From contig JAFYWN010000007.1 in assembly GCA_017558005.1 (NCBI GenBank), positions 9,374 to 73,373 on the forward strand: DNA of 64,000 bases, written 5' to 3'. The notes under the pieces are model-generated. The model was not told the origin of the DNA. It did no database searches and worked only from the letters and a program-made list of their open reading frames with translations. Source of the stretch: Kiritimatiellia bacterium (GTDB lineage: Bacteria; Verrucomicrobiota; Kiritimatiellia; RFP12; DVOR01). Positions 20,408-31,096 of the stretch are shown piece by piece; the first letter of the stretch is position 1, and each line of letters starts with the position of its first letter. A program made the translations under genes and the position numbers.

Positions 20408-20462
20408 ATTGATACGGAAAAGCCGAGTCGCAACACGGTGCGCCCGGCCTATAACTTCAAAA

Positions 20463-20834
20463 TTATTGTTCCGTTTCCGCGTCCTGAGGAATCTCTAAGT
20501 GATTTAAGATATCCAAGACACGGTCGCCCTTTGCGATGCCGGTATCCAAGCGGAATCGCAATTTCGGCGTGTAGTGCAACGTCATATTGCGGTTAATCAA
20601 CGTCTGGATTTCCTTGGCATGCTTAGACAAGCGGCGCAACCACGTGGGGTGTTCCGCGGCATCCATAATTGACACCCAAACATCAGCCGACCGCAAATTC
20701 GGCGCACATTCAACCTTTGTTACGGTAATGCCTGCCACATCTACTTCCGGCTCCGATTGAAGGACCCGGAAGAGATCATCGGCAATTTCTCGCAACAGTA
20801 ACGCGTTGACGCGATCGAGACGATTCACTGACAT
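20463..20834 (-). CDS. rbfA: Ribosome-binding factor A.
   Basis: It starts MSVNRLDRVNALLLREI, is 123 aa, and sits downstream of infB. Confidence 0.85.
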   Translation of the reverse strand: MSVNRLDRVNALLLREIADDLFRVLQSEPEVDVAGITVTKVECAPNLRSADVWVSIMDAAEHPTWLRRLSKHAKEIQTLINRNMTLHYTPKLRFRLDTGIAKGDRVLDILNHLEIPQDAETEQ

Positions 20835-20844
20835 GTGTTAAATC

Positions 20845-23568
20845 CTAGAGCGACTTCGGCAATTCTTCCATTTCGTAGCACTCGACGATATCACCTTCTT
20901 GGAAGGCTTCAAAGGAACCGAATCCGAGACCGCATTCCTGCGCCGGAGCAATTTCCTTCACGTCTTCCTTGAAGTGCTTCATCGTTTCTACTGCGCCATC
21001 GAAAATCTGCTGACGACCGCGGAAAATGCGGAAGCGGCCCTTGAAGCGCAGCGTACCATCGAGCATCTGACAACCGGCAATTCGGCCCAACTTGCTGATG
21101 TCGAAGATCTGACGAATCTCCGCATGACCGCGCACGACTTCCTTGTATTCCGGCGGAATCAATTCCAGCATGCAACGCTTCACGTGTTCGATGAGTTCGT
21201 AAATGATGCGGAAGGTGTTGATACGCACACCATTCTGACGCGCCATGCTCTGCACACCCGGCTCACAGTTCACGCCAAAGCCAACAATCGTTGCGCCCTT
21301 GGCACGCTGAACGTCTGCCGACGTCACAGAACCCACGCCAGAATAAAGCACCTTGAGCGAGACCTTCTGCGATTCAATCGAATTCAAACATTCGACCACC
21401 GCTTCAGCCGTACCCTGCGTATCTGCCTTAACGATTACATTCAATTCAGCGGTTTCATTGGAGCCGAGTTTCTTCGACCAATCTGCCATCGAAGCGGACT
21501 GTGCAGCAGAAAGAGATTCCAACTTGTTGACTTCTGCCGCCTTTTCTGCCAAAGCGCGAGCACGCTTTTCATTCAACATCACGCGGAATTCAGAACCAGC
21601 TTCTGGCACACCAGAGAGACCCGTACACTTCACGGCGATGGAGGGACCTGCGGATTTCACCGGCTTGCCACGTTCATCAATCAACGTACGCACCTTGCCG
21701 TAGTGTTCGCCACAGAGAACCACGTCACCCACCTTGAGGGTACCTCCCTGCACGAGGAAGGTTGCCGTCGGGCCGAGGCCCTGCTCCAACTGCGATTCAA
21801 TCACTGCGCCATTTGCACGACGATTCGGATTGGCCTGGAGTTCCAAGACGTCAGCCTGAATCAGAATCGTTTCAAGCAAGTCTTCCACGCCCGCACCGGT
21901 GGTACCAGAGACTTCGCAACATTCAATGTCGCCACCCCAAGTACTCGGCGTCAAACCTTCCGCCTGCAACATCTGATAGACGCGCATCGGATTGGCTTCC
22001 GGCTTATCGCACTTCGTCACTGCGACCAACATCTGAACGCCCGCATTACGTGCATGCTTGATTGCTTCACGCGTCTGCGGCATCACGCCGTCATCTGCTG
22101 CAACGATGATCACTGCAATGTCCGTGATATTTGCGCCACGAGCACGCATCGATTCAAATGCCGAGTGACCGGGAGTATCCACGAAGGTAATCAAACGACG
22201 ATTACCATTGTCATCGCGTTGATCCAATTCAATTGTGTAAGCGGCAATGTGCTGCGTAATACCACCTGCTTCACCAGCGGCCACGTGCGCACTACGGATG
22301 TAGTCCATCAACGTCGTCTTACCATGGTCAACGTGACCGAGGAAGGTCACCACCGGCGGACGGAGCTTCATGTCTTCAGGACGATCTTCAGGAATATCGT
22401 CATCAGCATCTTCGCTCTTCAGCTGCGGCTTACGCTCTGCAGAACGCTGCTTTGCGCGTTCGGCAGTTTCTGCCACATAGCCATACTTTTCTGCAATCTT
22501 CTGAACGATGCCGAGCTCCAACGTCTGGTTAATAGAAGCCAAGACGTTCAACTTCATGAGGTCGGTAATCAAAAGGTTCGGACGCGTACCGAGCAATTCG
22601 GCAAGTTCCTTCACCGTGACCGGGCCCTGGAGTTGCAACGTCTTTCCTTCCACGCTCACTGCAGGTGCAGCGGTAGGCGCCGGAGTGGAGACGCGCGGCG
22701 GAATCACATTCTTACGATTGTTGCGATCATTTGCACCACGCGAAGGCTGATTGCCCTTACGTTCTTCCTGCTGGCGACGATTATCGCGACCATTACGGCC
22801 TGCATTGCGATCTGCATTACGATCATTGCGATCGTTGCGCTGACCCTCCTTATTCGGACGCGCATTAGGCGCCTTCGTCGGAGAAAGACCGAGCGAAACG
22901 GGGCGTGCAGGTTCAGGCTTCGACGGACGCTGTGCAGTGGGCTTCAAGGTCGGCGTCAAAGTGGGCTTCAAGGTCGGCTTTTCCTTCGGCTGTTCCGCCT
23001 TCGGTGCTTCACCCTTCTTCGGTGCGGGTGCAGGAGCCTTTGTTGCGGCGGGAGCCTTAGCAGCCTTAGCCGGTTCCGCGGGCTTTGCGGGAGCTTCAGG
23101 CTGCGCTTCTGCCTCAACCTTCACCTCTGCTTCAGGCTTAGTTTCAGGCTTCACCTCAGGCTTGGCCTCCACCTTCACCTCGGGCTTCGCTTCAGGAGCC
23201 GCAGGTGCCGCGACCGGTGCTACAGGTGCCACTTCAACAGGCATCTCCACCTTCTTCATAGGCTTGCCTGCTTCAGCATCGAGCGCAATACGACGATGGG
23301 CTTCAACGGCTTCACGATTCTTGCGCACTTCTTCCAAGCGGACCTGTTCGCCCTTGGCCTTGCGGGACTTACGCGAAGCTTCGTGTTCAGCAAGCAGACG
23401 TTCACGATCTTCTGCGGAAAGCGTATCCGTCCAACCGCGCAAAGCGGCAATATCACTGTCATCCAAGCTGGAAAGCGTAGAGGACACTTCTAATTCAAGT
23501 TGCTTGGCCTTAGCCAACAGAATACCTGCAGGCAACCCAAGCGTTTTAGCAAATTCAGACAATCTCAT
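20845..23568 (-). CDS. infB: Translation initiation factor IF-2.
   Basis: The G domain motifs [18 protein letters not shown] and NKCD-like TKCDK are present. It has a long Pro/Ala/Lys-rich low-complexity N-terminal region. Confidence 0.95.
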   Translation of the reverse strand: MRLSEFAKTLGLPAGILLAKAKQLELEVSSTLSSLDDSDIAALRGWTDTLSAEDRERLLAEHEASRKSRKAKGEQVRLEEVRKNREAVEAHRRIALDAEAGKPMKKVEMPVEVAPVAPVAAPAAPEAKPEVKVEAKPEVKPETKPEAEVKVEAEAQPEAPAKPAEPAKAAKAPAATKAPAPAPKKGEAPKAEQPKEKPTLKPTLTPTLKPTAQRPSKPEPARPVSLGLSPTKAPNARPNKEGQRNDRNDRNADRNAGRNGRDNRRQQEERKGNQPSRGANDRNNRKNVIPPRVSTPAPTAAPAVSVEGKTLQLQGPVTVKELAELLGTRPNLLITDLMKLNVLASINQTLELGIVQKIAEKYGYVAETAERAKQRSAERKPQLKSEDADDDIPEDRPEDMKLRPPVVTFLGHVDHGKTTLMDYIRSAHVAAGEAGGITQHIAAYTIELDQRDDNGNRRLITFVDTPGHSAFESMRARGANITDIAVIIVAADDGVMPQTREAIKHARNAGVQMLVAVTKCDKPEANPMRVYQMLQAEGLTPSTWGGDIECCEVSGTTGAGVEDLLETILIQADVLELQANPNRRANGAVIESQLEQGLGPTATFLVQGGTLKVGDVVLCGEHYGKVRTLIDERGKPVKSAGPSIAVKCTGLSGVPEAGSEFRVMLNEKRARALAEKAAEVNKLESLSAAQSASMADWSKKLGSNETAELNVIVKADTQGTAEAVVECLNSIESQKVSLKVLYSGVGSVTSADVQRAKGATIVGFGVNCEPGVQSMARQNGVRINTFRIIYELIEHVKRCMLELIPPEYKEVVRGHAEIRQIFDISKLGRIAGCQMLDGTLRFKGRFRIFRGRQQIFDGAVETMKHFKEDVKEIAPAQECGLGFGSFEAFQEGDIVECYEMEELPKSL

Positions 23569-23573
23569 TCGAA

Positions 23574-24881
23574 TTATTCTCCCTTAGCCTCTACCGCCAT
23601 ACGAGCACGATCATAGATGTCCTGCAACAACAAATCGGAGACTTCAATCTTGCTCTTCAAATACGCAGGTTCCGCATAAAGGATACCTTCCGGAGTGTGG
23701 AAACCATTTTCAAAAAGCTGTTCGGCGAGTTCCATCGGGATATCCTTCAACGCCGCCGCAAGATCGCGCATCATCGTTGCACGCTTATTTTCAAAAGCCT
23801 GCTTATCCAAAACGTCCTGCGCGTCTTCCTGGTCCATTTCATCAAAATCAGCATCCTTATCGGCCGTGATTTCAATCTTCCAACCCGTCAACTTGGTGGC
23901 GAGACGAACATTTTGACCCTTCGCACCGATTGCAAGCGAGAGCTTGTCTGCCGGGACCGTTGCGTGAACCGTGTGCGTTTCGTCATCCACGTAAATCGTG
24001 GTCAATTCTGCAGGCTTCAATGCTTCAGCAACGTAGATTTCAGGATCTTCGCTGTACTTGACGATGTCCAACTTTTCGTTGTTGAGTTCCTGAACCACTG
24101 CACGAACACGCGAGCCACGCGTACCAATGCAAGCACTTGCAGGATCCACGCGCATATCGAGGGAGCGAACCGCCACCTTCGAACGGCGACCCGGATCACG
24201 TGCCACTGCCATGATTTCCACCGTGCCATCAGCCACTTCAGAAACTTCCTGCTTAAAAAGCGCTCTCACAAAATCAGGGCAAGCGCGAGAAAGCGTCACT
24301 GCAGGGCCAGAGGATTCATTCTGCACACGCATCACATAAGCGCGAATCGTATCGCCTGCGTTGTAATCTTCCGTCGGGATGCGCTCCTTTGCGGGCATCA
24401 CGGCTTCCGTCTTACCAAGTTCAACAAAAACGTCCTTACGAGCGACCAACTTCACAGAGCCAGAAACGATATCGCCGACGCGATCCTTATATTCATTGTA
24501 TACGTTGGCACGTTCAGCGTCACGGATCTTCTGCATAATCGTCTGCTTTGCGGTCTGCGCTGCAATACGACCGAGCATCGAGGCGGGCATCGGAATCTTC
24601 ACCGTGTCACCGTCATTCACAGAGGGGTCAAAGCGACGTGCCTGTTCCACCGTCACGATGCCAATGCCACGTTCCGTGTCAGAAACTGCATACACGTCCC
24701 AAGCCTTGATTTCGAGCGTCTTGCGATCAATACGCACCGTGAAGTCTGTAGACACGCGGGCATTCTTACGTGCAGCCTGTTCCACCGAACTTTCAATGGC
24801 CTGCAACACCGTCTCACGGTCTACCCCGCGCTCACGCTCCAGGTAGGTAACCACTGTCGCAAAATCTGCATTTGCTGCCAT
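23574..24881 (-). CDS. nusA: Transcription termination/antitermination factor NusA.
   Basis: The N-terminal domain is followed by S1 and two KH domains (GACIGTRGSRV, IGAKGQNVRLA). An AAGGAG RBS sits upstream of MAANADF. Confidence 0.9.
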   Translation of the reverse strand: MAANADFATVVTYLERERGVDRETVLQAIESSVEQAARKNARVSTDFTVRIDRKTLEIKAWDVYAVSDTERGIGIVTVEQARRFDPSVNDGDTVKIPMPASMLGRIAAQTAKQTIMQKIRDAERANVYNEYKDRVGDIVSGSVKLVARKDVFVELGKTEAVMPAKERIPTEDYNAGDTIRAYVMRVQNESSGPAVTLSRACPDFVRALFKQEVSEVADGTVEIMAVARDPGRRSKVAVRSLDMRVDPASACIGTRGSRVRAVVQELNNEKLDIVKYSEDPEIYVAEALKPAELTTIYVDDETHTVHATVPADKLSLAIGAKGQNVRLATKLTGWKIEITADKDADFDEMDQEDAQDVLDKQAFENKRATMMRDLAAALKDIPMELAEQLFENGFHTPEGILYAEPAYLKSKIEVSDLLLQDIYDRARMAVEAKGE

Positions 24882-25123
24882 CGCTCTGACTCCTTCTCGC
24901 TTCTCTTTAATAACCAAAAAAGCGCAGGCTTCCGCCCACGCTTCTACTTCAAAATAGAAAACTGGGGCGCATTATAGACGTATTCCCCCGAACTTGTCAA
25001 GTATTTTCACACGTTATCCCCTTAAAATTAGGTAAATAGCGATTTTTGGGCAAGTTTTTTGGGGTTAAGGTGCCTTTTAATAGGAAATCTGCTATAATTT
25101 CAGTGTTAACACAAGGATATATC

Positions 25124-26023
25124 ATGCGTTTTAGAATTTCCGTTCCCGCAACAAGCGCCAACGTCGGGCCTGGTTTTGACGTCATGGGGCTTGCGTTTGA
25201 CATGTATAATCGTTTTACATTCAATACCGATTGCCCCGAAAAGTTACAGATTGAAGGATGTATGCCTGAATTTGCGGTGGCAGAAAATAATCTGCTGTAC
25301 ATGACGCTCTCTCAGGTTTTGGCGCAACATGGCCGATTGGTTCCGAATCTTCACATTACCTTTGACACCGACTTGCCGGTTTGCTCTGGCTTGGGTTCAA
25401 GCTCCACGTGTATTGTGGCTGGCGTAATGGCGGCCAATATCATCGGGAATCTCTCGATGGACACAGAGCAGATTTTGCGCACGGCGACGCAGATTGAAGG
25501 CCACCCCGATAACGTGGCACCTGCCATCTTAGGCGGATTTGTTGCCGCTATCGTTGAGGATGGCCTTGTTTACTGGCATCGCTATCCGATTAGTGATCGC
25601 GTAAGTTTCTACGCAATTATGCCCGAAGTTCGCGTCCCCACCGAAGCGGCTCGTGCCGCACTTCCGAAGACCTACACGCTGACGGATTGTATTTACAACC
25701 TCTCACGTGTGCCGATCTTGGTTGAAGGCTTGGAACGCGCCGACCCTCGTTTAATCCGTGCTGGATGCAAGGACCGAATCCACCAAGAGTATCGCTTACA
25801 ATTGATCCCCCAGGGCGAAGATGTCATGCGCTTCGTGACTGAAGAAACGGATGCTGTTGCCGTCTACATCTCTGGTGCGGGCCCGACGATTGTTGCGGTC
25901 GTCATTGATGATGACGATGCCTTCTTGAAGCAGATTAATCGTTTCACTTCAAATCTGACTCTTAAATGGAACACGCGTAAGATGCATCTCCAACGTCAAG
26001 GTGCACACGTTCGTCTCCTTTGA
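25124..26023 (+). CDS. thrB: Homoserine kinase.
   Basis: GHMP-kinase motifs match ThrB (PATSANVGPGFD, LPVCSGLGSSS, HPDNVAPAILGG). An AAGGA RBS is present. Confidence 0.85.
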   Translation: MRFRISVPATSANVGPGFDVMGLAFDMYNRFTFNTDCPEKLQIEGCMPEFAVAENNLLYMTLSQVLAQHGRLVPNLHITFDTDLPVCSGLGSSSTCIVAGVMAANIIGNLSMDTEQILRTATQIEGHPDNVAPAILGGFVAAIVEDGLVYWHRYPISDRVSFYAIMPEVRVPTEAARAALPKTYTLTDCIYNLSRVPILVEGLERADPRLIRAGCKDRIHQEYRLQLIPQGEDVMRFVTEETDAVAVYISGAGPTIVAVVIDDDDAFLKQINRFTSNLTLKWNTRKMHLQRQGAHVRLL

Positions 26024-27183
26024 GTTCATCACCTATGGCACGGGTCCTTTACCTCTATTCTCAAGTCCTCCGCGCAGATAGCCCACATGCGCGGCGAACC
26101 TTCCAAATGCTCGCCTTACTAAAGGAGGCGGGATTTAAGGCAGATTTGCTCACGCTGCCTGGAGGGGACCCGTGGCCAACTGGTCTTGCCGAACACATCT
26201 ACGTCACCTCGCGTGTCCCCTTAACGCGCACGCTTCAACCTTACGGCATTGGCTTTAGGCGCATTTGGGCTACCGTGGTGATGGCTTTGACTACGGTGCG
26301 GCTCTTTTTGCAACATCGTTACGAGATTGTACACTGCTCCGACCGTGCCATTCGAATCGGCGGCTTGATTGCTTGGCTATTCGGCACACGCTTTGTCTTT
26401 GAATGGCGCAGTGCATCTGGGCATGACTTAATCCGTTGGGCGCGTTGGCGCACACGTCGTTTTCGCAACTCGGTCAGCCTTGTCATCACGGATACGACCT
26501 ACTCGGTGACGCAATTGCGCAATTCTGGGCTATATGGCAAGATTGCCTCCATTCAGGCGTTGCCCAATCCCTCTCTAACGCCTCTCCCGCCTCCCGCAAT
26601 TCGTACAGCTCCCTCCACGCGTCAATTTCGTATCACGGCGTTTTCTTACAATGACAAATTGACCGACTTATCGTTGTTCTGTGACGCACTTCCATTACTT
26701 TTACGCCACCCCAATATCCGCATTACCTTTGTGGGGGGCACCGCAGCAACGATTGAACGTTTACGCCAACGCCTAATTCACCGCTTCCCCAATGCCTCAA
26801 GTTCGCTCATCTTCCGCCCCAAGTCGGTTGACATTCCTGATTTTGTGGATAGCATTACAGAGGCTGACCTCGTCTTTTTACCTGTTTGTTCTGGCATTAC
26901 GCCCCCGCCCCTCCTCTTGGATACGATGGCTTGTGGGCGTGCGATTATGGCAACCCGTTGCCCTGCGTATAAGGCATTGCTGACGCCTCAAAATGCAGCT
27001 TTAGTGGGTGCCGATGTCGCAGAGATTGCAGACTGCATCCGCTACCATTTAACGGCCTCCACGCGCTGTGCCGAACTCGCCCGCTTGGCGGCTGAGACTG
27101 TGGCGAAAGAACGCAATCCCGCATCCGCCATTTCCGCATTACGCAGTTGCTACACCTTCATCCTTTTGGAGCCTCGCGAATGA
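26020..27183 (+). CDS. GT-B fold glycosyltransferase (group-1-like).
   Basis: Its start overlaps the thrB stop (ATGA). The C-terminal half has a GT4-like nucleotide-sugar-binding region (LLLDTMACGRAIMATRCPAY). Confidence 0.55.
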   Translation: MSSSPMARVLYLYSQVLRADSPHARRTFQMLALLKEAGFKADLLTLPGGDPWPTGLAEHIYVTSRVPLTRTLQPYGIGFRRIWATVVMALTTVRLFLQHRYEIVHCSDRAIRIGGLIAWLFGTRFVFEWRSASGHDLIRWARWRTRRFRNSVSLVITDTTYSVTQLRNSGLYGKIASIQALPNPSLTPLPPPAIRTAPSTRQFRITAFSYNDKLTDLSLFCDALPLLLRHPNIRITFVGGTAATIERLRQRLIHRFPNASSSLIFRPKSVDIPDFVDSITEADLVFLPVCSGITPPPLLLDTMACGRAIMATRCPAYKALLTPQNAALVGADVAEIADCIRYHLTASTRCAELARLAAETVAKERNPASAISALRSCYTFILLEPRE

Positions 27184-28658
27184 GTTCTGCGCCACGCATT
27201 GCCCTTTTTACTGACAGTGCACCGCAGCTCTTAGCGCGAGAATTGCAGGCGCAGGCACAAGCTTTCGGCGGCATTCAATTACAAACCTACGCCTTTACCT
27301 CTCCGCTTGCTGTCCAGGAGGAATTAACCGCATTTGCGCCCGATGTGGTCATTGTGTGGTTATGCGCTGAAGCGGTAAATGACGTCTGCCCCGAACTCCC
27401 CGAAGCGCTCTTCTCTCTCCCCTACACCTTTATTGTTAGCACCATGGTGTCACGTGATGACGGCACCTGCGGAAGTGCAGCGTTAACGTGGCACCATAGC
27501 CTCAAACGGCGCATCTTGCAATGGAACTCGCGCCTGATGCAGTTGGCGGAATCGCACAACAATCTCCATCTCGTTGACCTGGATGCCATTCAATCGCGCC
27601 TTGGCCGCACGACAACCTTTGACCCTAGACTCTGGGAGGCGGCCTCCATTGCCCTTACCCCAAAGGCGACCGAGCTCTTTGCAAAGGCAATCTTGCAGAC
27701 CATCGCCGCGCTTCGGGGGTCCATTAAAAAAGTCGTCGTAACAGACTTGGATAATACGTTTTGGGGTGGTATCACTGGCGAGAGCGGCGCAGATGCCGTC
27801 AATCCTGACGCGCCAGGTCATCCTGCTTACCGCGCATGGTTGCGTACACTGGCCAAACGAGGCATCTTGCTCGCCATTGCGTCACACAATGATCGTCCAG
27901 CGGTTGAGGCGCTCTTTCAGACCCATCCGCTCGGCTTCACATTAGATGATTTTCAGGCTTGCGAAATCAATTGGGATCCCAAGGCTCAAATGCTGACGCG
28001 TATTGCGGCGGCATTGAATGTCAGTACCGATGCGCTCGTTTTTATTGATGACCGTAAAGAGCAACGCGAACAAGTGCGTGCCGCCCTTCCTGAGGTCACC
28101 GTTCCAGAGATGCCAAGTGACCCTGCCAACTGGATTGAGTTCCTTGCCGCAGAAAATCTCTTTGAAATTCCACAGATTACTGAAGATGACACGCTTCGTG
28201 TGCAGACGTTTAAAGATGCCACGTTGCGCGCCTCTATGGCAGAAACGCTCTCGCGTGAGGCCTACATTGCCTCTTTAGAGCAAACCCTTATCGCCGAACC
28301 GCTCAACGCCACCAACTGCGAACGTGCCGCGCAATTAACGCAACGGTGCAATCGTTTTAACATGCGTGGCACGCGTCATACTGCCGCTGATTTAGCCCAT
28401 CGCACGGGCTGGGTCTATCGTTTGCGTGATCGATTTGGCGAGATGGGCATCATCAGCGCAGTCATCTTGGAGGGGGATATCATTGAAACCTGGGTGATGA
28501 GTTGCCGCGTATTCAATCGTGATGTGGAGCGTCTCATCCTTGAACACTTAAAAGGCGTCGCCCCCATCCGCGGGGACTATGTGCCCACCGAACGCAATAC
28601 CCTTTGCGCATCCATCTACCAAACGTATGGCATCCCCCCTGCCACTCCCACCCTTTAA
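27180..28658 (+). CDS. FkbH-like protein (HAD-IIIC phosphatase-type, glyceryl-ACP synthase family).
   Basis: The HAD motif I VVVTDLDNTFWGG is characteristic of FkbH/HAD-IIIC. The start ATGA overlaps the GT stop. Confidence 0.75.
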   Translation: MSSAPRIALFTDSAPQLLARELQAQAQAFGGIQLQTYAFTSPLAVQEELTAFAPDVVIVWLCAEAVNDVCPELPEALFSLPYTFIVSTMVSRDDGTCGSAALTWHHSLKRRILQWNSRLMQLAESHNNLHLVDLDAIQSRLGRTTTFDPRLWEAASIALTPKATELFAKAILQTIAALRGSIKKVVVTDLDNTFWGGITGESGADAVNPDAPGHPAYRAWLRTLAKRGILLAIASHNDRPAVEALFQTHPLGFTLDDFQACEINWDPKAQMLTRIAAALNVSTDALVFIDDRKEQREQVRAALPEVTVPEMPSDPANWIEFLAAENLFEIPQITEDDTLRVQTFKDATLRASMAETLSREAYIASLEQTLIAEPLNATNCERAAQLTQRCNRFNMRGTRHTAADLAHRTGWVYRLRDRFGEMGIISAVILEGDIIETWVMSCRVFNRDVERLILEHLKGVAPIRGDYVPTERNTLCASIYQTYGIPPATPTL

Positions 28659-28675
28659 CCTTAAATGGCCCCTCT

Positions 28676-28903
28676 ATGATTGCAGCCTTACGTACCGTTT
28701 TTGAAGAAGTGTTACGCCAGCCGATGCCTGAATTGACGAGCGAGACGGCCTTCGCGGATTTGCCGGGCTGGGACTCTGTTACGCATTTGGCGTTGCTCCT
28801 CGCTGTTGAACGCCACTTTAATATTGCCTTTACCTCTGCTCAAATGGTCAATATGAAGCAGGTCGGCGAAATGGTTGCCGCACTGGAGGGTGCCAATGGT
28901 TGA
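28676..28903 (+). CDS. Acyl carrier protein (discrete).
   Basis: It is about 75 aa with the phosphopantetheine attachment motif GWDSVTHL. Confidence 0.75.
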   Translation: MIAALRTVFEEVLRQPMPELTSETAFADLPGWDSVTHLALLLAVERHFNIAFTSAQMVNMKQVGEMVAALEGANG

Positions 28904-29873
28904 GCGGTTTACTGGTCTTACCTTAAAAGCGCTCGCGTGTGCACTCCCTGCACAAACGCGTGACCTTACGGAATTTGAAGCTCGCTTCGGTAAGGAAAAG
29001 GTTGAGCGGTTCCGTGAAGTGGTCGGCATCCACCGTTACCACGAGGCGCCCCTTGAAACAAAGACCTCCGATTTGGCCGTAGCCGCCGCAGAAAATCTCT
29101 TCGCTTCGGGCACAGTCCAACGTGAAGAGATTGACGCCTTACTCTTCATTACACAAACGCCTGATGCCATCGCCCCCGCGACCTCTGCGCTCTTACAAGC
29201 GCGCCTCCATCTCCCCGAAAGGCTCTTGGCGCTTGATATCAATCAAGGGTGCGCAGGTTTCTTAACGGGTCTCTTAACTGCGGCGCATCTATTGGCTTCC
29301 CCAACGATTCGTAATGTCTTAGTACTGGGTGGTGACACCCTCACTCGATGCGTTGATCAAACGGATCCTGCCACTGCTATGCTCTTTGGAGATGCAGGGT
29401 TTGCGGCGATTTTTGGTCGTGATTCGCAGGCAGACACATGGCACATCGCAAATGGGGTTAGCTCATCTGAGGCGATTACGATTCCACATGGTAAACCCTT
29501 TGCAATGTCGGGAACAGAGGTCTTTAATTTTACAATTACCAAGGTACCCGAACAAATCCAAGCAGTCTTACAGGCAGCCAACCTCTCCGCCGAAAACCTT
29601 GATTGGCTTTTACTGCATCAGGCTAACGCATTTATTGTGCGCCAAGTCGCGCGTATGTGTCGCTTGCCCGAGGAAAAGGTCCCCTGTCGCATTGCAAATC
29701 GTGGCAATACCTCTGTTGCAAGCCTCCCGCTTCTCCTATGTGATTTGAAAGCAGAAGGCATTTCTGGTAAGCAACGCGTCGTACTATCGGCATTTGGCGT
29801 AGGTCTCACTTGGGTAACCGTGGCGCTCACGCTTGATTTTGACGTTTGCCAACCGCCCCTTTTGCTCCCCTAA
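28896..29873 (+). CDS. FabH-like 3-oxoacyl-ACP synthase III (KAS III).
   Basis: The active-site Cys block INQGCAGFLTGL and a thiolase fold are present. Its start overlaps the ACP stop by 8 nt. Confidence 0.8.
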   Translation: MVERFTGLTLKALACALPAQTRDLTEFEARFGKEKVERFREVVGIHRYHEAPLETKTSDLAVAAAENLFASGTVQREEIDALLFITQTPDAIAPATSALLQARLHLPERLLALDINQGCAGFLTGLLTAAHLLASPTIRNVLVLGGDTLTRCVDQTDPATAMLFGDAGFAAIFGRDSQADTWHIANGVSSSEAITIPHGKPFAMSGTEVFNFTITKVPEQIQAVLQAANLSAENLDWLLLHQANAFIVRQVARMCRLPEEKVPCRIANRGNTSVASLPLLLCDLKAEGISGKQRVVLSAFGVGLTWVTVALTLDFDVCQPPLLLP

Positions 29874-29914
29874 GTTTCCAATATCGCCCCCTGCTCTTTT
29901 GAAAGAAGGCGCAC

Positions 29915-30139
29915 ATGACTCAATCTGAAATTCTTGAAGAACTTGCCGACATCCTTGGCGCCACCCCAGGCTCGCTGACCCCTGAAACACGCCTTGATGC
30001 GGAGGGGATTCGTTGGGATTCAATGGCTCTCCTCGCCTACCTTGCCTTCTTACGATTTCACTTCGGAAAGACGCGTTCGGGCATTTCATGCGCCGCATTC
30101 ACAACGGTTGCCGATCTTTTAGCTGAAATTCAGCCATAA
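29915..30139 (+). CDS. Second acyl carrier protein.
   Basis: It is 74 aa with a GIRWDSMALL phosphopantetheine-site motif. Confidence 0.7.
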   Translation: MTQSEILEELADILGATPGSLTPETRLDAEGIRWDSMALLAYLAFLRFHFGKTRSGISCAAFTTVADLLAEIQP

Positions 30140-30162
30140 TCCTTTTTCCATTAAACAAACAA

Positions 30163-30194
30163 AAGCCACCGTTCTTCGGTGGCTTTTCTTGTTT
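30163..30194. terminator. Bidirectional rho-independent terminator between the ACP operon and nadK.
   Basis: The stem AGCCACCG/CGGTGGCT has loop TTCTT. It is followed by TTTCTTGTTT on the plus strand and TTTTGTTTGTTT on the minus strand. Confidence 0.6.
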
Positions 30195-30210
30195 GATTCA
30201 TAACGTGTGC

Positions 30211-31089
30211 TTAACGCACAAAGGCAGCGCCCCAGCGCAGTTTCCGTGAAAGTGGCAGATAGGGATTTCCATTCTCTGGAAGCATAATCTTGACGGGGTG
30301 TGGCGAACGTGTCACTTCCACACGGTCTGCCGCACTCACAATCGCTTGACGAATTCCATCTGCGTACACCGCAGCGGATGCGGTCTCATCATCAATGCGT
30401 AAGGTCACCCGCGTGGTATCGGGCACAACGAGTGGACGTGCGCTCAACGTGTGCGGTGCGATGACGTTAATGACCGTCACATTCGCCGAGGGCACCACCA
30501 CTGGCCCACCCACAGAAAGTGAATACGCCGTACTCCCCGTGGGCGTCGAAAGGATGACCCCATCGCAGATCCACCGCGCCACAGGGCATCCATCCAGTTC
30601 GAGACAGACGGCAATCGCACTGCCCCCTTCTGCCCGTGAGAGCACCACGTCATTTAAGGCTTCGGGCGTAACCGCGACCGCACCCGTCGGCCGACGAATG
30701 ACTGAGGATAATGTTGTCCGCGCTTCCAAGGCATATTTTCCTGCCGCGAGATCGGCCAACATTTGCCCAAAGCCCTCTTCGTTGACCGCCGTCAAATAGC
30801 CCAAATGACCGATATTTAATCCAATCAGAGGCAAAGATGCACCCGCGAGTGCATGGGAGGCGGCGAGGAAGGAGCCATCGCCGCCCAAAGAAATCACCCC
30901 TTGTGCGCCATTTGCCGAAAAATCCCCGATATCACAGGGTTGGATTTCGTCAGAAATGGCGGCCGTCTCTGGGGGAGCAAGTAAGGTGACACCTGCTTCA
31001 CGTGCAGCCGTTAGCAAGGCTTCCAATCCCTCACGCACATGAGGGCGAGTGAAGTTAACCAAAAGTCCAAGTCGCGAAACAGGTGTCAT
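30211..31089 (-). CDS. nadK: NAD+ kinase.
   Basis: The GGDGS motif is present, with the NAD kinase fold conserved blocks (VISLGGDGSFL and NDVVLSR). Confidence 0.85.
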   Translation of the reverse strand: MTPVSRLGLLVNFTRPHVREGLEALLTAAREAGVTLLAPPETAAISDEIQPCDIGDFSANGAQGVISLGGDGSFLAASHALAGASLPLIGLNIGHLGYLTAVNEEGFGQMLADLAAGKYALEARTTLSSVIRRPTGAVAVTPEALNDVVLSRAEGGSAIAVCLELDGCPVARWICDGVILSTPTGSTAYSLSVGGPVVVPSANVTVINVIAPHTLSARPLVVPDTTRVTLRIDDETASAAVYADGIRQAIVSAADRVEVTRSPHPVKIMLPENGNPYLPLSRKLRWGAAFVR

Positions 31090-31096
31090 TTCAAAC

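Noticed and set aside
22937-23230. Nucleotide tandem repeats (GGGCTTCAAGGTCGGC) in the infB 5' region, as a possible variable element.
   Set aside because: They encode the ordinary Lys/Pro/Ala-rich low-complexity N-terminal linker of IF-2, a common feature and not unusual.
20899-23493. An 864-aa ORF on the plus strand antisense to infB.
   Set aside because: It lies entirely inside the strongly supported infB gene. Its composition is Cys/Arg/His-rich and low-complexity with no domain signal. Long antisense ORFs are expected in GC-rich genes.
23697-24977. A 426-aa ORF antisense to nusA.
   Set aside because: It overlaps nusA, whose homology is unambiguous. The composition is Arg/Cys-rich and not protein-like.
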